64,000 nt of DNA from Raja brachyura. Lineage: Eukaryota. The stretch lies in the NCBI GenBank assembly GCA_963514005.1, contig OY740787.1, forward strand, positions 71,176,001-71,240,000, written 5' to 3'. Shown piece after piece: positions 13,571 through 26,841 of the stretch (its first letter is position 1; every line of letters starts with the position of its first letter). The notes beneath the pieces are model-generated. The model searched no databases and had not been told where the DNA came from. It worked only from the letters and a program-made list of their open reading frames with translations. A program made the position numbers and the translations under genes.

Positions 13571-13831
13571 GTTTTACTGTCAAAGTAGCAGATATTTTGT
13601 CATTTCCGCAGATAAAGGTATACTCTGCAGAGTCTTCATGGCTTGTGTTCATTATGGTCAGCTGATGGAGTTTGCCTTGCACAACTATTTTAAACTTGTC
13701 AGTCATTTCTATTTCCACACCATTTTTCAACCATGTGGCTGGGACATTGAAATGTGACACCTCACACTGAAAAGTTGCCGTTTTTGTCTCTGGAACTTCA
13801 ATGCTCTTCATTGTCTTGGTAATATGTACAG
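13571..13831 (-). CDS. ttn: ttn exon hEx37, I-band Ig
   Basis: VHITKTMKSIEVPETKTATFQCEVSHFNVP...; 261 nt. Confidence 0.95.
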
Positions 13832-13938
13832 CTTGAAATAAATTTAAATGAAAATTAGTGTACAAAAATCATGGATTTATTAATTAGTTTCTTTAAATTT
13901 ATCTTTTGTGAAGCAGAAAAATATAGTTTTACACTCAC

Positions 13939-14199
13939 ATTCCACATAAAGTTTGGCTTTACATTCCAGTTGCCCAATGATAGCTGAGTACTCGCCAATT
14001 TGGGCTGAGGTGATATTCTCCAATATTAGTTTGTGAACTTTCCTTTCTGAAATTACTTTACATTTGCTACTTGGCTTAAGTTCGACATTGTTGAACATCC
14101 ATTTTACTGGCACATTGTCATGTGACACACTCAATTCAAATGTAGCTGTGGAATTTTCCATGGCAGTAATATCCTTTGGTTTCTTAATAACCTTGATAA
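13939..14199 (-). CDS. ttn: ttn exon hEx36, I-band Ig
   Basis: IKVIKKPKDITAMENSTATFELSVSHD...; 261 nt. Confidence 0.95.
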
Positions 14200-14721
14200 C
14201 TATTAAGACAAAACCGTAGCATTATTCAATGTCTACTCATTTAGATAAATATTTCAGATGCGATTATAATGTTTGCATGAAGAAAAAATACATACTTTAG
14301 TAACTTCAAGAACACCATTTAGATAGAAATAATGGATAATTCATGAAATTCGAACAAAATAAATCATGCAATATTTTACTAATTATTTGTAATCCTATTA
14401 TTTTCAATTTTAATTAAATCTTCACTTTAGGGAGGCACTCTAGCACTGCAGGTGATGTGGCTGCCTCTTAGCTCCAACAAATTGTGTTTGAATCAGATCT
14501 CTGGGGGGAGGGGGGGGGGGGCTGTGTGTGTCCCAAAGACGTGATAGTTATTAAGATAGCTACTGTTAAATGGGTGGGTGATCGAGTAATCTGTGGGTTC
14601 TTAATGGATAAATGAGATAGAATAGGTCATAAGGAGATAATTGGAAGAATGGGATTGGTTTGAGAGCCACCATTAACTCCATGGCTCACGCCATATCATG
14701 GGTACATACATTAAAACCACT

Positions 14722-14963
14722 TCAGACAGCCCTTGCTTTCTGTCTCCATCCCCGCCCCTCCCCAGTTCTCCCACTAGTCTTACTGTCTCAGACTACATTC
14801 TATCTTTGTCCTGCCCCCTCCCCTGACATCAGTCTGAAGAAGGGCCTCGACCCAAAATGTCACCCATTCCTTCGCCTCAGGGATGCTGCCTGACCCGCTG
14901 AGTTACTCCAGCATTTTGAGTCTACCTTCGATTTAAACCAGCATCTGCAGTTCTTTCCTACAC
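14722..14963 (+). mobile_element. Penelope-derived short repeat with target-site duplication
   Basis: ctgaagaagggcctcgaccc... through ccagcatctgcagttctttcc; flanked by attaaaacca on both sides. Confidence 0.7.
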
Positions 14964-15144
14964 ATATTAAAACCATTGAGCCAATACCAACATTATACTA
15001 AGCAATATCAGTTGGTCACATTATGTACATTTTAAACAATGCAAGACTCCTAAAACATATTGAAAATGCATGAATCCATTAGTATTTTTCAACAACTTTT
15101 TAATATTTGTATTATTCAATATTTGCTTTACTAAATAAGTGGTG

Positions 15145-16565
15145 GAATATGGTTTTATACCAACCAGGACTGGTGCAGCGACATCACGGTACTGTCAAAT
15201 TTCTGCTCTCCCAACTTAGAATCCCTCTTTATAAACTGCAAACCATTCTACTCTCCATGGGAATTTAACTCCTTTATTCTCGCTGGAGTTTACATTCCCC
15301 CCCAAGCCTGCATACATGAGGCGCAAACACAACTCGCTGACCAGGTAATGAGGGTAGAGAGTGACTTCCCGGACTCCATGGTCATTGTTTTGGGGGACTT
15401 TAACAAAACTAACCTCAGTCGTGACCTTCCAAGATACAGACTACATGTTACCTGCCCCACCAGAGGGGAGAGAACACTCGATCACTGCTATACAGCAATC
15501 AAGTATGCATATCGCTCTGTTCCCCGGGCGGGTCTGGGTCTGGGTCTCTCTGATCATTGCATAGTTCCCGTTATTCCGACCTACAGGCAGAAACTAAAAG
15601 CTGCTAAGCCTGTGGTCAGAACAACGAAAAGGTGAACAAGCGAGGGCATTGCGAACTTACAATCCATGTGTTTGGACAATCGTCAGTTGACCAACGAACT
15701 GAATGAGTTTTACTGCAGGTTTGAAAATCAGAAACGTAACCCTGGTACCCCCCTCCCCCCCCTCCCCAACCAACACAGCCAGACCCCAGTCTACAAAGAA
15801 TGGACCCTGCACCCTCTCCGTCCCATTCACCACTTCATACCTACTTAAGAAAAAGACTCCAGTATGAAAAGACTGGACCATTTCCCACCCCAACCAACAC
15901 TCCACACCCACTCACAGCCTGACCTCAGTCTGCAAAGACTGGGCCTTTCTACACCCACCCCCCTCCAATCACCACTTCACACCCAATCCCTCTGTGCTAC
16001 ACAACATAACTTATTCAATATCAACAATAAAAATAGAGGAGGTGGAGAGGCTTTTCAGAGGACAAAAGAGCCGGAATTCTCCAGGACCTGACAATGTTTC
16101 CCCCTCTACTCTTAAGCTCTGTGCCAAACAGCTGGCACCAGTCTATACAGACAGTTTTAACCAGTCCCTGCAAACATGTAGTGTCCCTATCTGCTTCAAA
16201 GTCTACACTATTGTCCCTGTACCCAAAAAGGCAAGGACCCCTCTCACACTGGCCACAAACTATTTGAATCACTTCCCTCTGGAAGGCGACTCCGAATTGT
16301 CAAACCTGCCACAGCCAGACATAAAAACAGTTTTTATCCATGAGTAGTTGCTCTACTCAACAGCCAAAAATCTGCAGCCTCCCTTTGATCTGGAATTTTG
16401 TTGGTTCACATGCTTGATCAATCGTGTTTTATCATTAATTATTATTAATGTTTAGTGTTTTCCGAGTCATTCGTAACTGTCACTGTATGTCATGTTTTTA
16501 CTTGTGGGTGGAGCGCCAAGGCAAATTCCTTGTATGTGAATACTTGGCCAATAAACTTACTTACT
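15145..16565 (+). mobile_element. Internally deleted Rex1/Babar-type LINE
   Basis: Endonuclease motifs VLGDFN, TLDHCYT, SDH (15348-15635); SPGPDNV...IVPVPKK (16080-16230); aataaacttacttact tail. Confidence 0.8.
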
Positions 16566-16599
16566 TTAGGCATAAAAGAAAAAAAATGTAATTACTTAC

Positions 16600-16863
16600 C
16601 CTCTACGTGAAGTCTGGCATTTGCTGACACTCTGCCAAGTTTGAAGGTGTACACAGATTCATCTGGGACTACACACTTCTTAATTTTAAGTGTATGTACA
16701 ACCCCAACTACAGTAATCTCGAATTTGTCACTTGTTTTGATTTCTTCACCATTTTTAATCCATTGTGCTCCAGTAACATCAGCATGTGTAAGTTCCAACA
16801 TAAAGATTGCATCATTGGTTTCTGTGACGGTCTGATTTTTCAAGGTCTTCTTTATCTTGACAG
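16600..16863 (-). CDS. ttn: ttn exon hEx35, I-band Ig
   Basis: VKIKKTLKNQTVTETNDAIF...ARLHVE; 264 nt. Confidence 0.95.
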
Positions 16864-16999
16864 CTGTATAAACAGAATTTTGTAAATTTGTATTTGCAAT
16901 AAAATCTCAATTATCTTTAATTGATGACTAATTACGGTAAAGGAGGGGAGTGTTTATTCCTTCTCCGTGATAATGAATTATTTTGCAAGATAAATTGAC

Positions 17000-17450
17000 A
17001 CTTTTTAATTAAAACAAAATATGTTGAAAGCCTTCAGAGATCAACCAAATTTGTGTGAAGAGAAGAAATGTAGTTAACCTTTCTCCAACACCATTCCTCT
17101 ACCAGAAATATCTTCCTCTCTTCCATTTTGCAACTTCCTGTTTCGCTCTCCTGTTCCCACCAAGCACTTCCATACTTTCCCTTGTAACCATATTCATTCC
17201 AAGCAAAGCAGCAATTCACTTAAATTTATTCCAAACTAATGTATGCATTATGTATTCACAATGTGCTCTCCTCTATAGATGAAGAGCCAAATATAGATTG
17301 AATGGTTCATTGCAACGCCTTTGCATTCAGTCCACAGAAGCAACCTGGAGCTTCTCATTTCCTGCCACGTTAATTCTCCATCGCATTGCAAATTAGCTTT
17401 TCTGTCTGTGACTTCCTGTACTATTATAACAAGATCCTGTCATCACACAG
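17000..17450 (+). mobile_element. Highly degenerate Penelope GIY-YIG fragment
   Basis: Similar to the FTC.SSN..YCI.CS.C.L.YIGET region of the ORF at 43253-44419. Confidence 0.5.
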
Positions 17451-17555
17451 AGGTATATGGAATAAGCTGCCAAAGGAGGTAGTTGAACCAGGTGCTATAA
17501 GAACATTGAAAAGACATTTGGATAGGTACATGGATATGAAAGGTTTGGAGGGGTA

Positions 17556-18300
17556 CTAGATCAAGGGTGACCTGTTTGGTCCTGTCCCCTCAATGCGTGG
17601 TTGGGGGGGGACGGCAGAGAGAGAGAGAGAGAGAGAGGGAGAGGGCAGAGAGAGAGCGGATGACAGGCACTGCAAGTGGAAAAGAGATGTATTAAAGCTT
17701 AATGTGAATAACTTATAATACAACAATTTAAATATTAAATATTAAAGATGAAATGTATTCACTTCAGTTATTTCTTGTTGTGTCTCTTGAGAGGGAGGAA
17801 GGGAGGGGGGTGGAGGGGAGAGGGGGAGTGGGAGTTGCGGTGGAGGGGGGAGGGGGTTGGAGGGGGGTAGTGGGGATGAGGGGCAGAGGGGGGAGAGAGA
17901 GGAGGGGGAGAGAGGGGGTGTAGACGGGGGGGTAGAAGGGAGGGGAGGTAGTAGAGGGGGAGATAGGGGAGAAGAGGGGGAGAGAGGGGGAAGCGGAGGG
18001 GGAGATGGGGAACGAGGGGTGAGAGAGGGTAGAGAGGAGAGAGGAGGGGGGAGACAGGAGGCGGAGACAGGAGGGGGAGAGAGGGGGGAAAGGGAGGGGG
18101 GAAAGGGAGGGGGGAAAGGGAGGGGGGAAAGGGAGGGGGGAAAGGGAGGGGGGAAAGGGAGGGGGGAAAGGGAGGGGGGAAAGGGAGGGGGGTGTAGGGG
18201 AGAGGATGAGGGGGTGGAGATGGGGAGAGGGGGGAAGGGAGGGGGAGAGAGGATGGGGAGAGAGGGGGGGTAGAGGGGAGAGGGGGGGATGTGGATGTGG
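17556..18300 (-). mobile_element. Helitron-like non-autonomous element with long G/A low-complexity tract
   Basis: Reverse complement ends ...ttgaggggacaggaccaaacaggtcacccttgatCTAG|t, homologous to 19765-19817; purine-rich tract 17790-18290. Confidence 0.55.
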
Positions 18301-19149
18301 TTCTATCGCTCCATATTAACCCATTTGATCAGAGAACCACTATAACAACATAGGAAGAAGGGTCTCGACTAGAAACGTCACCCATTCCTTCTCTCCAGAG
18401 ATGCTGCCTGGCCCGCTGAGTTACTCCAGCATTTTGTGTCTATTTTCACTGTAACATAACCTTTGCCTCATTCTTGTCCTATGCATCCATTCCCCATCCT
18501 CTCTACAACTTAAATTTTATTTTCTTTGTTTCCCAGCTCTGACGATAGATCCACATTATACATTAACTTTAAACATTAACATGAAACATTAACTTTATTT
18601 CTACTTTCCCAAATGCTACCTGACCTGCAGACGTTTCTGTTTTTTTACTTCTAACATTTGCAGGTTTTACTTGATTTTCAGTCATTGTGTAATTGATTAC
18701 GTGCCTAATTTGACTGATTACTCCTTTAGCTCCTGACATACATTTTTATTTGGATGTTTAGTCACCGTCTGACCCAGCAAAATGAATTGTAAGCAATTCT
18801 CCCAAATGGAGGACTAACTTTCCTTACACAGCATGCAAGGAACCTTGGCCATAGTCACCTTGCCTGGGTGGGAGAGGGACAGAGATAGAGGGAATACAAG
18901 GGTTACTTGAAGTTAGAGAAATCAATATTCATACTGCTGGGTTGTAAGCTGCCCAAGTAAAATATGCAATTGATTTCTGCTGAAGCCTTGGCTATCATGT
19001 AGACTTTCAGTACCTACCACATAATTTCATATTAGGAAAGAGTGTGAGGATTTTAAAGACACTGGAAGGCAGCATACACAAAAGCCAAATTAATTACCGA
19101 CTAATCTAAAAGCGATCATTAACCATTTTAAGCATGAACGAATATACTA

Positions 19150-21044
19150 TCTATTACCAAATGCCCATTCAAATGTGCAGCATGGCATTAGCCACAGCAT
19201 TCAGATAGGGCAGAAAACACGGCAGACGAATGCCAAATATTACAATATGCCAATGAATATTACGAGTTCAATATTCACCGTTCTTCCTGTGAGCATAGTT
19301 TGTGCTAGCCCAACAATCTCATCAATGGTTGCAGGTTGTGTTCATGTGCTGCAAGTGACATCGCCCGCTCGCTTGCAGCCCACTCGCTTTTCGCAGCACC
19401 CTCGCCCGGCCCCCCTCTTCCTCTACCCTCCTCCTCCTCTACCCCCCTCCTCTCTCCTCTACTCTCTCTCCTCCCTCCACCCCTTCCTCCTCCCCTCCCA
19501 CCCCCTCCCTCCCTCCCACCCCCTCTCCCTCCTCCCCCCACCCCCTCTCTCCCCCTCCTCTCTCTCCCCCCTCTCTACTCCCCTCCTCTCTCCCCCTCCC
19601 CCCCTCCCCCATTTCTCCCCCTCCGCCCTCCAAACCCCTCCACCGCCCTCCCTCTCCCGTCCACCGCCCTCCCTCCCCCTCTCCACCGCCATCCCTCCCC
19701 TCCCCCTCCCAAGTGTGTGGGGGGTGGTTGGTGTGTGCATTATGCCGCAGGCCGCCCCCCCACCCCCCACAACTGCGTGTTGAGGGGACGGGACCCAACG
19801 GGTCCCACTAGGTCTAGTACTTATTAAAACTATGATCTTATACGTGTGTACATGTGTGTGTATATGTGTGTGTATATATATGGGGATGTCTTTACATCTT
19901 TGCAAAAACACTACACTGTAACGATAACATTTTTACATATTTTGATTGACATCGTTCCCCTCGAGGCCGGGACTACCTTATCTGAACATTTTATGCTTAT
20001 TTCTCGACTCATTACTGATTAAAAGTCTAAAAAAGTCAAAAGACTTTGAAATTAAAATGACCACCTTCAACTGATGACGTCACAAGGCTAGGCTAGCAGT
20101 GATCAGCCTCACTGAAGATTTCATCCTATATTTGACACGTTATTCGCGATTACAGTTTAAAATGCCAACTTTCACAAGACGTTTTAACTTTTTGATTTAC
20201 ATTTTTCCCCTCTAGGCAGAGAGCACCTTCACTGAACACTTTATGCTTTATTTCTCGACTTATTACTGATTAAAGTTTAAAAAAATACTTTGAATTTAAA
20301 ACGACCAACTTTAACTGATGATGTCACAATGGTTCGACAGGAACACTCTGAACTTTTCACCTCACAGGAGGGGGAGGGCGAATTGCTATTGCAACATGCA
20401 GGGCAAGTGCAATTGGGGGCTACGGGTAGGGAACGGGTGTGTTGTGGGAGCAGACCCAACGGGTCTGCACTTGGTCTAGTATATATTACTAAAACTCTCA
20501 CATTGTTTGTTTGCGAGTCTGCCTGTCTGTGATTCAGGGATGCCCTGAACTACGCCAGAATGGTACACGATAGCTCTACAATTTTTGCACCACCTTACTC
20601 ACAATTGTATTGTGGTGTATTTTTTTAATCAATTTTCGTTCAGATTGATGTTATATTTTTACAAGTTATTCACATTTTTAACTTTACAAAATCCCACTTT
20701 GAGAAATATTTATTCCATCTGCACTGGCAATTACAGCTATGATGTCACAATGGGATGTAGCAATCCCAGGATACAATGTTGCAATCCCAGGATACTGAGT
20801 CCTGCCAGCCCTAGCAAGTGCAATTGCATTTTTATTTAAGTTTAAAATGAGGGAGGGTGAAAAAGGGCAAATGAGCCGCCCCTGCACAGTTGTGGGTTAT
20901 GGGTGAGTGGTGGAATATTGCGTTGGGGGAACGGGTTGTGTTGGGGGAACGGGTGAGTGGTCGAATATTGCATTGGGGAACGGGTTGCATTGGGGGACAA
21001 GGCCTTCCGTGTGACTGGGACCCAACGGATCCCAATTGGTCTAG
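19150..21044 (+). mobile_element. Three head-to-tail Helitron-like non-autonomous elements (ends at 19817, 20479, 21044)
   Basis: Each ends in a hairpin (e.g. gggaccc-aac-gggtccc), a ~7-nt spacer and CTAG followed by T; the first starts a|TCTATT at ~19150. Confidence 0.65.
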
Positions 21045-21199
21045 TTATAACTATAATCCAGGGCTATTCTTTAATTAATAGGTCCTTCTGGTAAACATTT
21101 TTTCTATTAACAATTACATGATAGGCCAATTACATTAAACGTTTTATTTATACTCTCTAAATATAGAGAAGACATGAATAATTAGGATAATACACTGAC

Positions 21200-21460
21200 C
21201 TTCAACTTTAAGTTTTGCAGAAGTCTTAGAACTTGCGACTTTGTATGTGTATTCAGCTGTATCTTCTGATTTAGTTATCTCAAAAATGAGACGTCGAGTG
21301 ACTCCGTCCACTTCACTTCGGATAATGTCACTGTAACCCATTGGTTTGCCATCCTTTAACCATATGCCTTCAGAGGATGCATTAGCAACTGCACATTCAA
21401 AGATAGCTTGCTGTGATTCAGCTACAGTTTGATCCTTAAGTGGTCTGCTGATGGCACCCC
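21200..21460 (-). CDS. ttn: ttn exon hEx34, I-band Ig
   Basis: GAISRPLKDQTVAESQQAIFECAVAN...SKTSAKLKVE; 261 nt. Confidence 0.95.
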
Positions 21461-21739
21461 CTGTAGATGTTTAAAAATACAGGAATGAAACAAAACAAAG
21501 AAAACCAAGAACAATTCCTAAAACTTAACATACATACACATTTATACTTAGAGTTGCAGAAATTAACAAATGGCTTACTTGATACTGAAAAAACTCTGTT
21601 AGAAATAATGTCCATGGGAAATGACAATGGTACTTTTTCACTCCCTTTCTGTTTTTGATAACATTTTTTCTCAAATGCTGTTTGAACATAAACAAGACTA
21701 ATAGAAATGTCGTTGGTTAGTTCCATATCATCTAATGCA

Positions 21740-22400
21740 GTGGCTTCTCTATTCTCACAACAAAATGGGTCTGTGATCCAACATCTCTTCTTCTTTAACT
21801 GTAGGCTGCTTATCAAGAACATCAGTTTATCTCTACCTCCCCAATATTTCTCAATCTCTAGCTTGTTTATGTTGTGAGAGTGCTTACCTAATGTCAATGC
21901 TTGGATGAGCTACAACATTTTGCAACTTAATATTGGGAAAGCAAAGCTAGCTGCATAATTTTATTACTGATTTAAAACCGCTACCCAGATATTTCTAAAA
22001 TTGAAGCAGAATATTTGTCATCTTGATACTTTATTCAATAAGCTTTAATCCATCATCATATTCAAAAACAAGATCACGACTTCGGTCTCCACAAAAGTAT
22101 TTGCCTCTATCTAAATCTCAGGATTCGCACTGAAACCTGTGGCTTTACTACTTTTTAATGATTTTCTTCTGACTTTATCTTCTCATTTACTACCTTCCAG
22201 AGTCTTCAACTAATAAAATATTTTTTGTCCTTTCACATAATGAGTGCTCGGTTCCAAATCACTCACTAAATTGGCTTCAGTCGATATTTGCTTTAAAATC
22301 TCATCTTTGTCTATCCATCCTTGATGTGAATTTACCCTATTGCAAGATGAATATTCATGACAGTTCCACAATCATGAAAATGTATTTATGTGGACATTTT
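21740..22400 (+). mobile_element. Ancient L2-like LINE remnant
   Basis: WMSYNILQLNIGK at ~21903-21941 resembles the L2 RT C-terminal motif WM..NFLQLN..K. Confidence 0.4.
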
Positions 22401-24277
22401 CAGAAAAGCCATAAAATTAATAATTAGCAAACAGAAAATATTTCCCATTTCCCTTCCTTTATCTTTTATCTTGAATGTGATAACATGCTTGTCTCTGCCA
22501 ATACTAAAAATTCTACTCATTAGCAATAATACTGTTGGAATTATTTTTATCTTCAGAAATGGTCAGCTTGGGCAGTTGGGCCATCCATGCCATATGACCC
22601 TTTGACTTTAAATGTATTAAAGCAAGTAAATTTCCTTGAAAAAAAAAGTTTTACATTAAAATATGTGTTTATACTTTGCGTTAGTAAATAAATGGTTTTC
22701 CAGTAGTTTTGAGATTAATTTGAATTGTTTTCTTGGGTATGCGGGTGGTGGGTGGTGCACAGATTTTTTTTCATTGAATAAAAGTTTAAAATTAAATTGT
22801 TCAGAAGAGGGAGGAAGTGTAGAAAATCTAGGAATATGTATCAAAATGAAATTTAAAAAGTGACTTGTTATTTCTATTCCAAGAAACAACAAAAACAGAA
22901 AGATTTAGATAAATGTTTTTCCAAGTTTGAGGAAAGTTAATGGTAAAGGAATATGGGATGAAATGTATTTCGACGATTATATGAAGCCAGGAGGAAAGAA
23001 ACGGAGTGGCCCTGTAAAATCTATATACAAAATTCACAGATTAATCTTCCTTGCAGAAGCACGGGAGAGTTAGATTGAGGATTTTGTAAGCAGACCAATT
23101 AGCCTTTCAGATTCTTCAGTGTGAAAGTGATTTACTCAACCTCAGATGAAGAAGTAACATTAGACAATAGGAATATTGCAGTATGCCACCAGAGGGGTCA
23201 AAGTGCAGCAGTCCCTGGTTTATGCCAAGGTTCCTTTCCTGAGAACTGTCCATAAACTGATTTTTGCAGAGGTCAGAAATGAACTATTTAATGAGAGTCA
23301 ATTTAAATGAACATTTATTTATTGTCCACTCCTATGTTGTTACATCTGTACAGAATTAAAACATTCCACGTAAAATGATTAGATCGATGAGCATAATATA
23401 TCAATGTATGTTACGTTTTTTTATAAAATATTTTTCAAGTGTCAATAGAGGAGATTTGCCATGTCTGTTTCCAAAGCAAATCTCTTAGGCCTCCCACTGT
23501 GAGCAGCAACTGTGTTCTTAAAGTTCCTGATTACTACAAGCAAGTTACAAGTAAACAGATTTACTTTGAAGGCTGCTTATCTTTTGAATTAACTAATGGC
23601 TCCCCCTTTTACAAAACAAAGATGTTTGCATTTCTGTAACTAACTTTTCTGTCTTGAAATGCGTTGAAAATTTATGGGTAAATTTGCATAGCCAGATTAT
23701 ATATACACGTGTAGAAATATATACGTGCATAAATTTGAAAGCAAGATCAATTGAGATGATCACTGGTTGGAAGAAAATTATTTAATTATGCATAGAGATA
23801 GAAAGTTCATGCCTAGCTTTTAAGAGAACAGTCTTCTCAAGAGAACTGGGATGTCTAAACAGGTATTAATGAAGATATTAAAAAAACATTTAGTTATGTA
23901 CATTATATATTAGTATACATTCATGAAATACATTTTATATGTTAATAAAATAAAATTCTCAATATTTAATGCCAGATATCTTAATTTGATTATAAAACAT
24001 TTTTTTAACATTAGTAATTAGTTTATCATCTTGATTGTACTTGATGATGATTAAGCAAACTATTAGCGATGACACCATTTTTTATTTCAACTAATCAAAT
24101 TAGCAAATATCTTAAACAAATGTAAAATAATGTGCACTCTGACTATTTTCATTACATTGTTCCAACAACTATGAAATTTACAATATTTAGAATAAGCTTT
24201 CAATTTATCTCCATGAAGAGATGGCCATGATTTTTATCATTGTTAAATTAACATTATATCAAAGAATGGTTTTGTAC

Positions 24278-24538
24278 CTGAAACTGTAAGGTTTGCTTTT
24301 GATGTATTTTCACCAGCCATAAATGTGTATTCCCCTTCTTCATCTTTCATTACATTCAGTACAGTCAATTTGTAAAGTTTGCCTTTTGCTACCACCTTAT
24401 ATTTAGGGCCCGTTTTGAGCTCCTGTTTTCCAAATATCCAAGCTACATCAATCCCAGCATGAGACAACTCTGCTTCAAATGTAATATTCTGTGTCTCTGA
24501 GCATGTCATATTGTTAAGTCCTTTAATAATTTGAATTC
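24278..24538 (-). CDS. ttn: ttn exon hEx33, I-band Ig
   Basis: IQIIKGLNNMTCSETQNITFEAELSHAGID...; 261 nt. Confidence 0.95.
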
Positions 24539-24638
24539 CTATATAAAAAGATACAAAGATACAAAGTTTCAGAAAACAGTCTTTTCAACAAACAAAGGCG
24601 CAAATTCTTAAACAACTTCATAATAATTTGGCACATAC

Positions 24639-24902
24639 TTTCAATTGTTAGGTTGCAACTTGTTTCAGTTTTGCCAATGACAAGTTTGTAGCATCCTTCA
24701 TCTGAGGCAAATGATCTGCTGATCACCAAGCGCTGTTTAGCCCCTTTTGCAACAGTTTGTATCCGATCACCAAACTGAATTGGTTGATCATTAAAGTACC
24801 ATTTCACAGAAGTAATATGTGCAACTGAAACTTTGCACTCCAAAACTGCTTTTGTTCCCTCAAGAGATGTTTGATCTTTAAGAGGGATCACAATATCAAT
24901 AC
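24639..24902 (-). CDS. ttn: ttn exon hEx32, I-band Ig
   Basis: IPLKDQTSLEGTKAVLECKVSV...; 264 nt. Confidence 0.95.
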
Positions 24903-25016
24903 CTGGAAAATAAATAAAATATGCTTGTCATTTTTGTCCAGAAATCTCTTGATCACATGAATGCCCCTTGTTATTCCATGAAAAAAACTATAGATGCTAA
25001 AAATATGAATACTTAC

Positions 25017-25289
25017 ACTGTACAGTTAAATGTCCAGATGTTAAGAGGTCAAAATAAGTAGCAAGAAATGAATATTTTCCAGCATCTTCTTTAGTTGCAT
25101 CCTCAATCAGCAACATGTGTGATGTTTTATCTATAACAATGTGAATACGTTCATTAGCTTGGATTTCTTGGCCATCTTTCTGCCAAATACCTGCAACATT
25201 TTCTTGAGAGAATTTTACTTCAAGTTGAGCAATATCGCCTTCACAAACAGACTGATCTCCAAGCTCTTGAAGAATAGTCACGGCACGTG
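25017..25289 (-). CDS. ttn: ttn exon hEx31, I-band Ig
   Basis: ILQELGDQSVCEGDIAQLEVK...; 273 nt. Confidence 0.95.
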
Positions 25290-25428
25290 CTGCAAATAAC
25301 AAAGATGCCTTTGTCAATAAAATTTTGGCAATATTTTTTAATCCTGATAAATTTACCTCAAAACAAATATCAGTACATATCAGAAAATACAAAAGGGTGT
25401 ATATAATTTTTCATGCAAATTAACTTAC

Positions 25429-25695
25429 GTTTCATTTTCAGATTGCAACTTGTCTTTTTGTCATGTACTACAAAACTGTAGCGACCCTGGTCTTCCCTGG
25501 CAACATCCTTAACTGTCAGACTGTGCCGACCACGACGAGAAGAAATTGAGTACTTGCTGCTAGAACAGATCTCTTTATCTCCCTTATACCATTTTCCTTC
25601 TGCATCTTCAGATGAAACAGCACATTCCAGTTCACCAGAGAATGACTCTGGCACTTCTATATCTGCAAGCTCTTCAATTAATTCAATCACAGTTC
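25429..25695 (-). CDS. ttn: ttn exon hEx30, I-band Ig
   Basis: ELADIEVPESFSGELECAVS...; 267 nt, phase 1/1. Confidence 0.95.
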
Positions 25696-25986
25696 CTATG
25701 GCAGACAACAACATATAACTTTTAAGTAATTTCATCATTGCAGTTTTTAATATCTTGACTCACATAATGAAATTATATATTGCAGTTTGTAAATCTAGCA
25801 CTCTCAGTGGAAAGCTATGCTTCAATGTTATGGATCAAAGACATGGGACACATTACATTATAACTTCTCAACAGAGTATTCTTTTGAATATGAATTTGTG
25901 ATCCATAAAGGCATCGTATGTTGATAATATGGCAATATCTAGGGAAATAACATGTATTTATATAGCAGATGTGTAAGATATTCCAA

Positions 25987-26308
25987 GGCACTACGGCGCA
26001 GCAGTAGAGTGCGGCATTACAGCTAATGCAGCACAGGAGACATGGATTCGATCCCGACCACGGGTGCTGTCTGTAAGGAGTTTGTACGTTCTCCCTGTGA
26101 CCTGCAGGGGTTTTCTTCGATATCTTCGGTTTCCTCCCACACTCCAAAGCCGTACAGGTACGTAGGTAAATTGGCTTGGTATAAATGGAAAATTGTACCT
26201 AGTGTGTGTAGGATAATGTTAATAAGCGGGGATCGCTGGTAGGCGTGGACCCGGTGGGCCAAAGGGCCTGTTTCCGCACTGTATCTCTAATCTAAACTAA
26301 ACTAAACA
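25987..26308 (+). mobile_element. tRNA-derived SINE (V-SINE-like)
   Basis: A-box-like ggcgcagcagtagag, B-box-like gattcgatccc, core ggagtttgtacgttctccc...ggtttcctcccac, (ctaaa)n tail. Confidence 0.8.
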
Positions 26309-26559
26309 AGAGAGTTAGGGCAAAGTTAAATCCCTGGCTACATAAGGAGAAGCAAGGACACTGGACAAGTGACAACCCGTAACCTTACAAAAACTCAAAA
26401 TCTGGCTACTTGCATCCCAGTTAACTCATTAACAATCTGGACCCAAGAGCAGTAGAATCCCTTTTTTAAACTATTCTGTTGCCTGCTCCCGTTCCTCTGA
26501 TTCTGTTTTACTTTGAAAATGCAAAATAATATTGGTATGCAACTTAAGCTTTTTCTCAC

Positions 26560-26841
26560 CTTCCACAATAAGCTTAGCTGTTGATTTTATTGAAGAATCT
26601 TCAGCAAGGGCACACGTATATTCTGTAGCATCATTCATATTAATGGTCAATACAGACAATAAATGAATTTTCCGATCAGAATGCATTCGATATTTGTCAC
26701 CAGAAAAGATTTGCACATCGTTCTTAAACCACTGTACTTTAATAAATGGTTCCGATAATTCACATTCAAAGGTTGCCATGGTATCTTTCTCTTTTGCATT
26801 GACATCTTGAAGCTCCTCAGAAAATGTGATCACTTGTATGG
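26560..26841 (-). CDS. ttn: ttn exon hEx29, proximal I-band Ig
   Basis: ITFSEELQDVNAKEKDTMATFECE...KYRMHSDRK; 282 nt. Confidence 0.95.

Noticed and set aside
17857-19911. Gly/Glu/Arg-rich and Pro/Leu/Ser-rich ORFs
   Set aside because: Translations of G/A and C/T low-complexity tracts.
25987-26060. tRNA-like A and B boxes
   Set aside because: SINE head followed by SINE core and tail; no cloverleaf.
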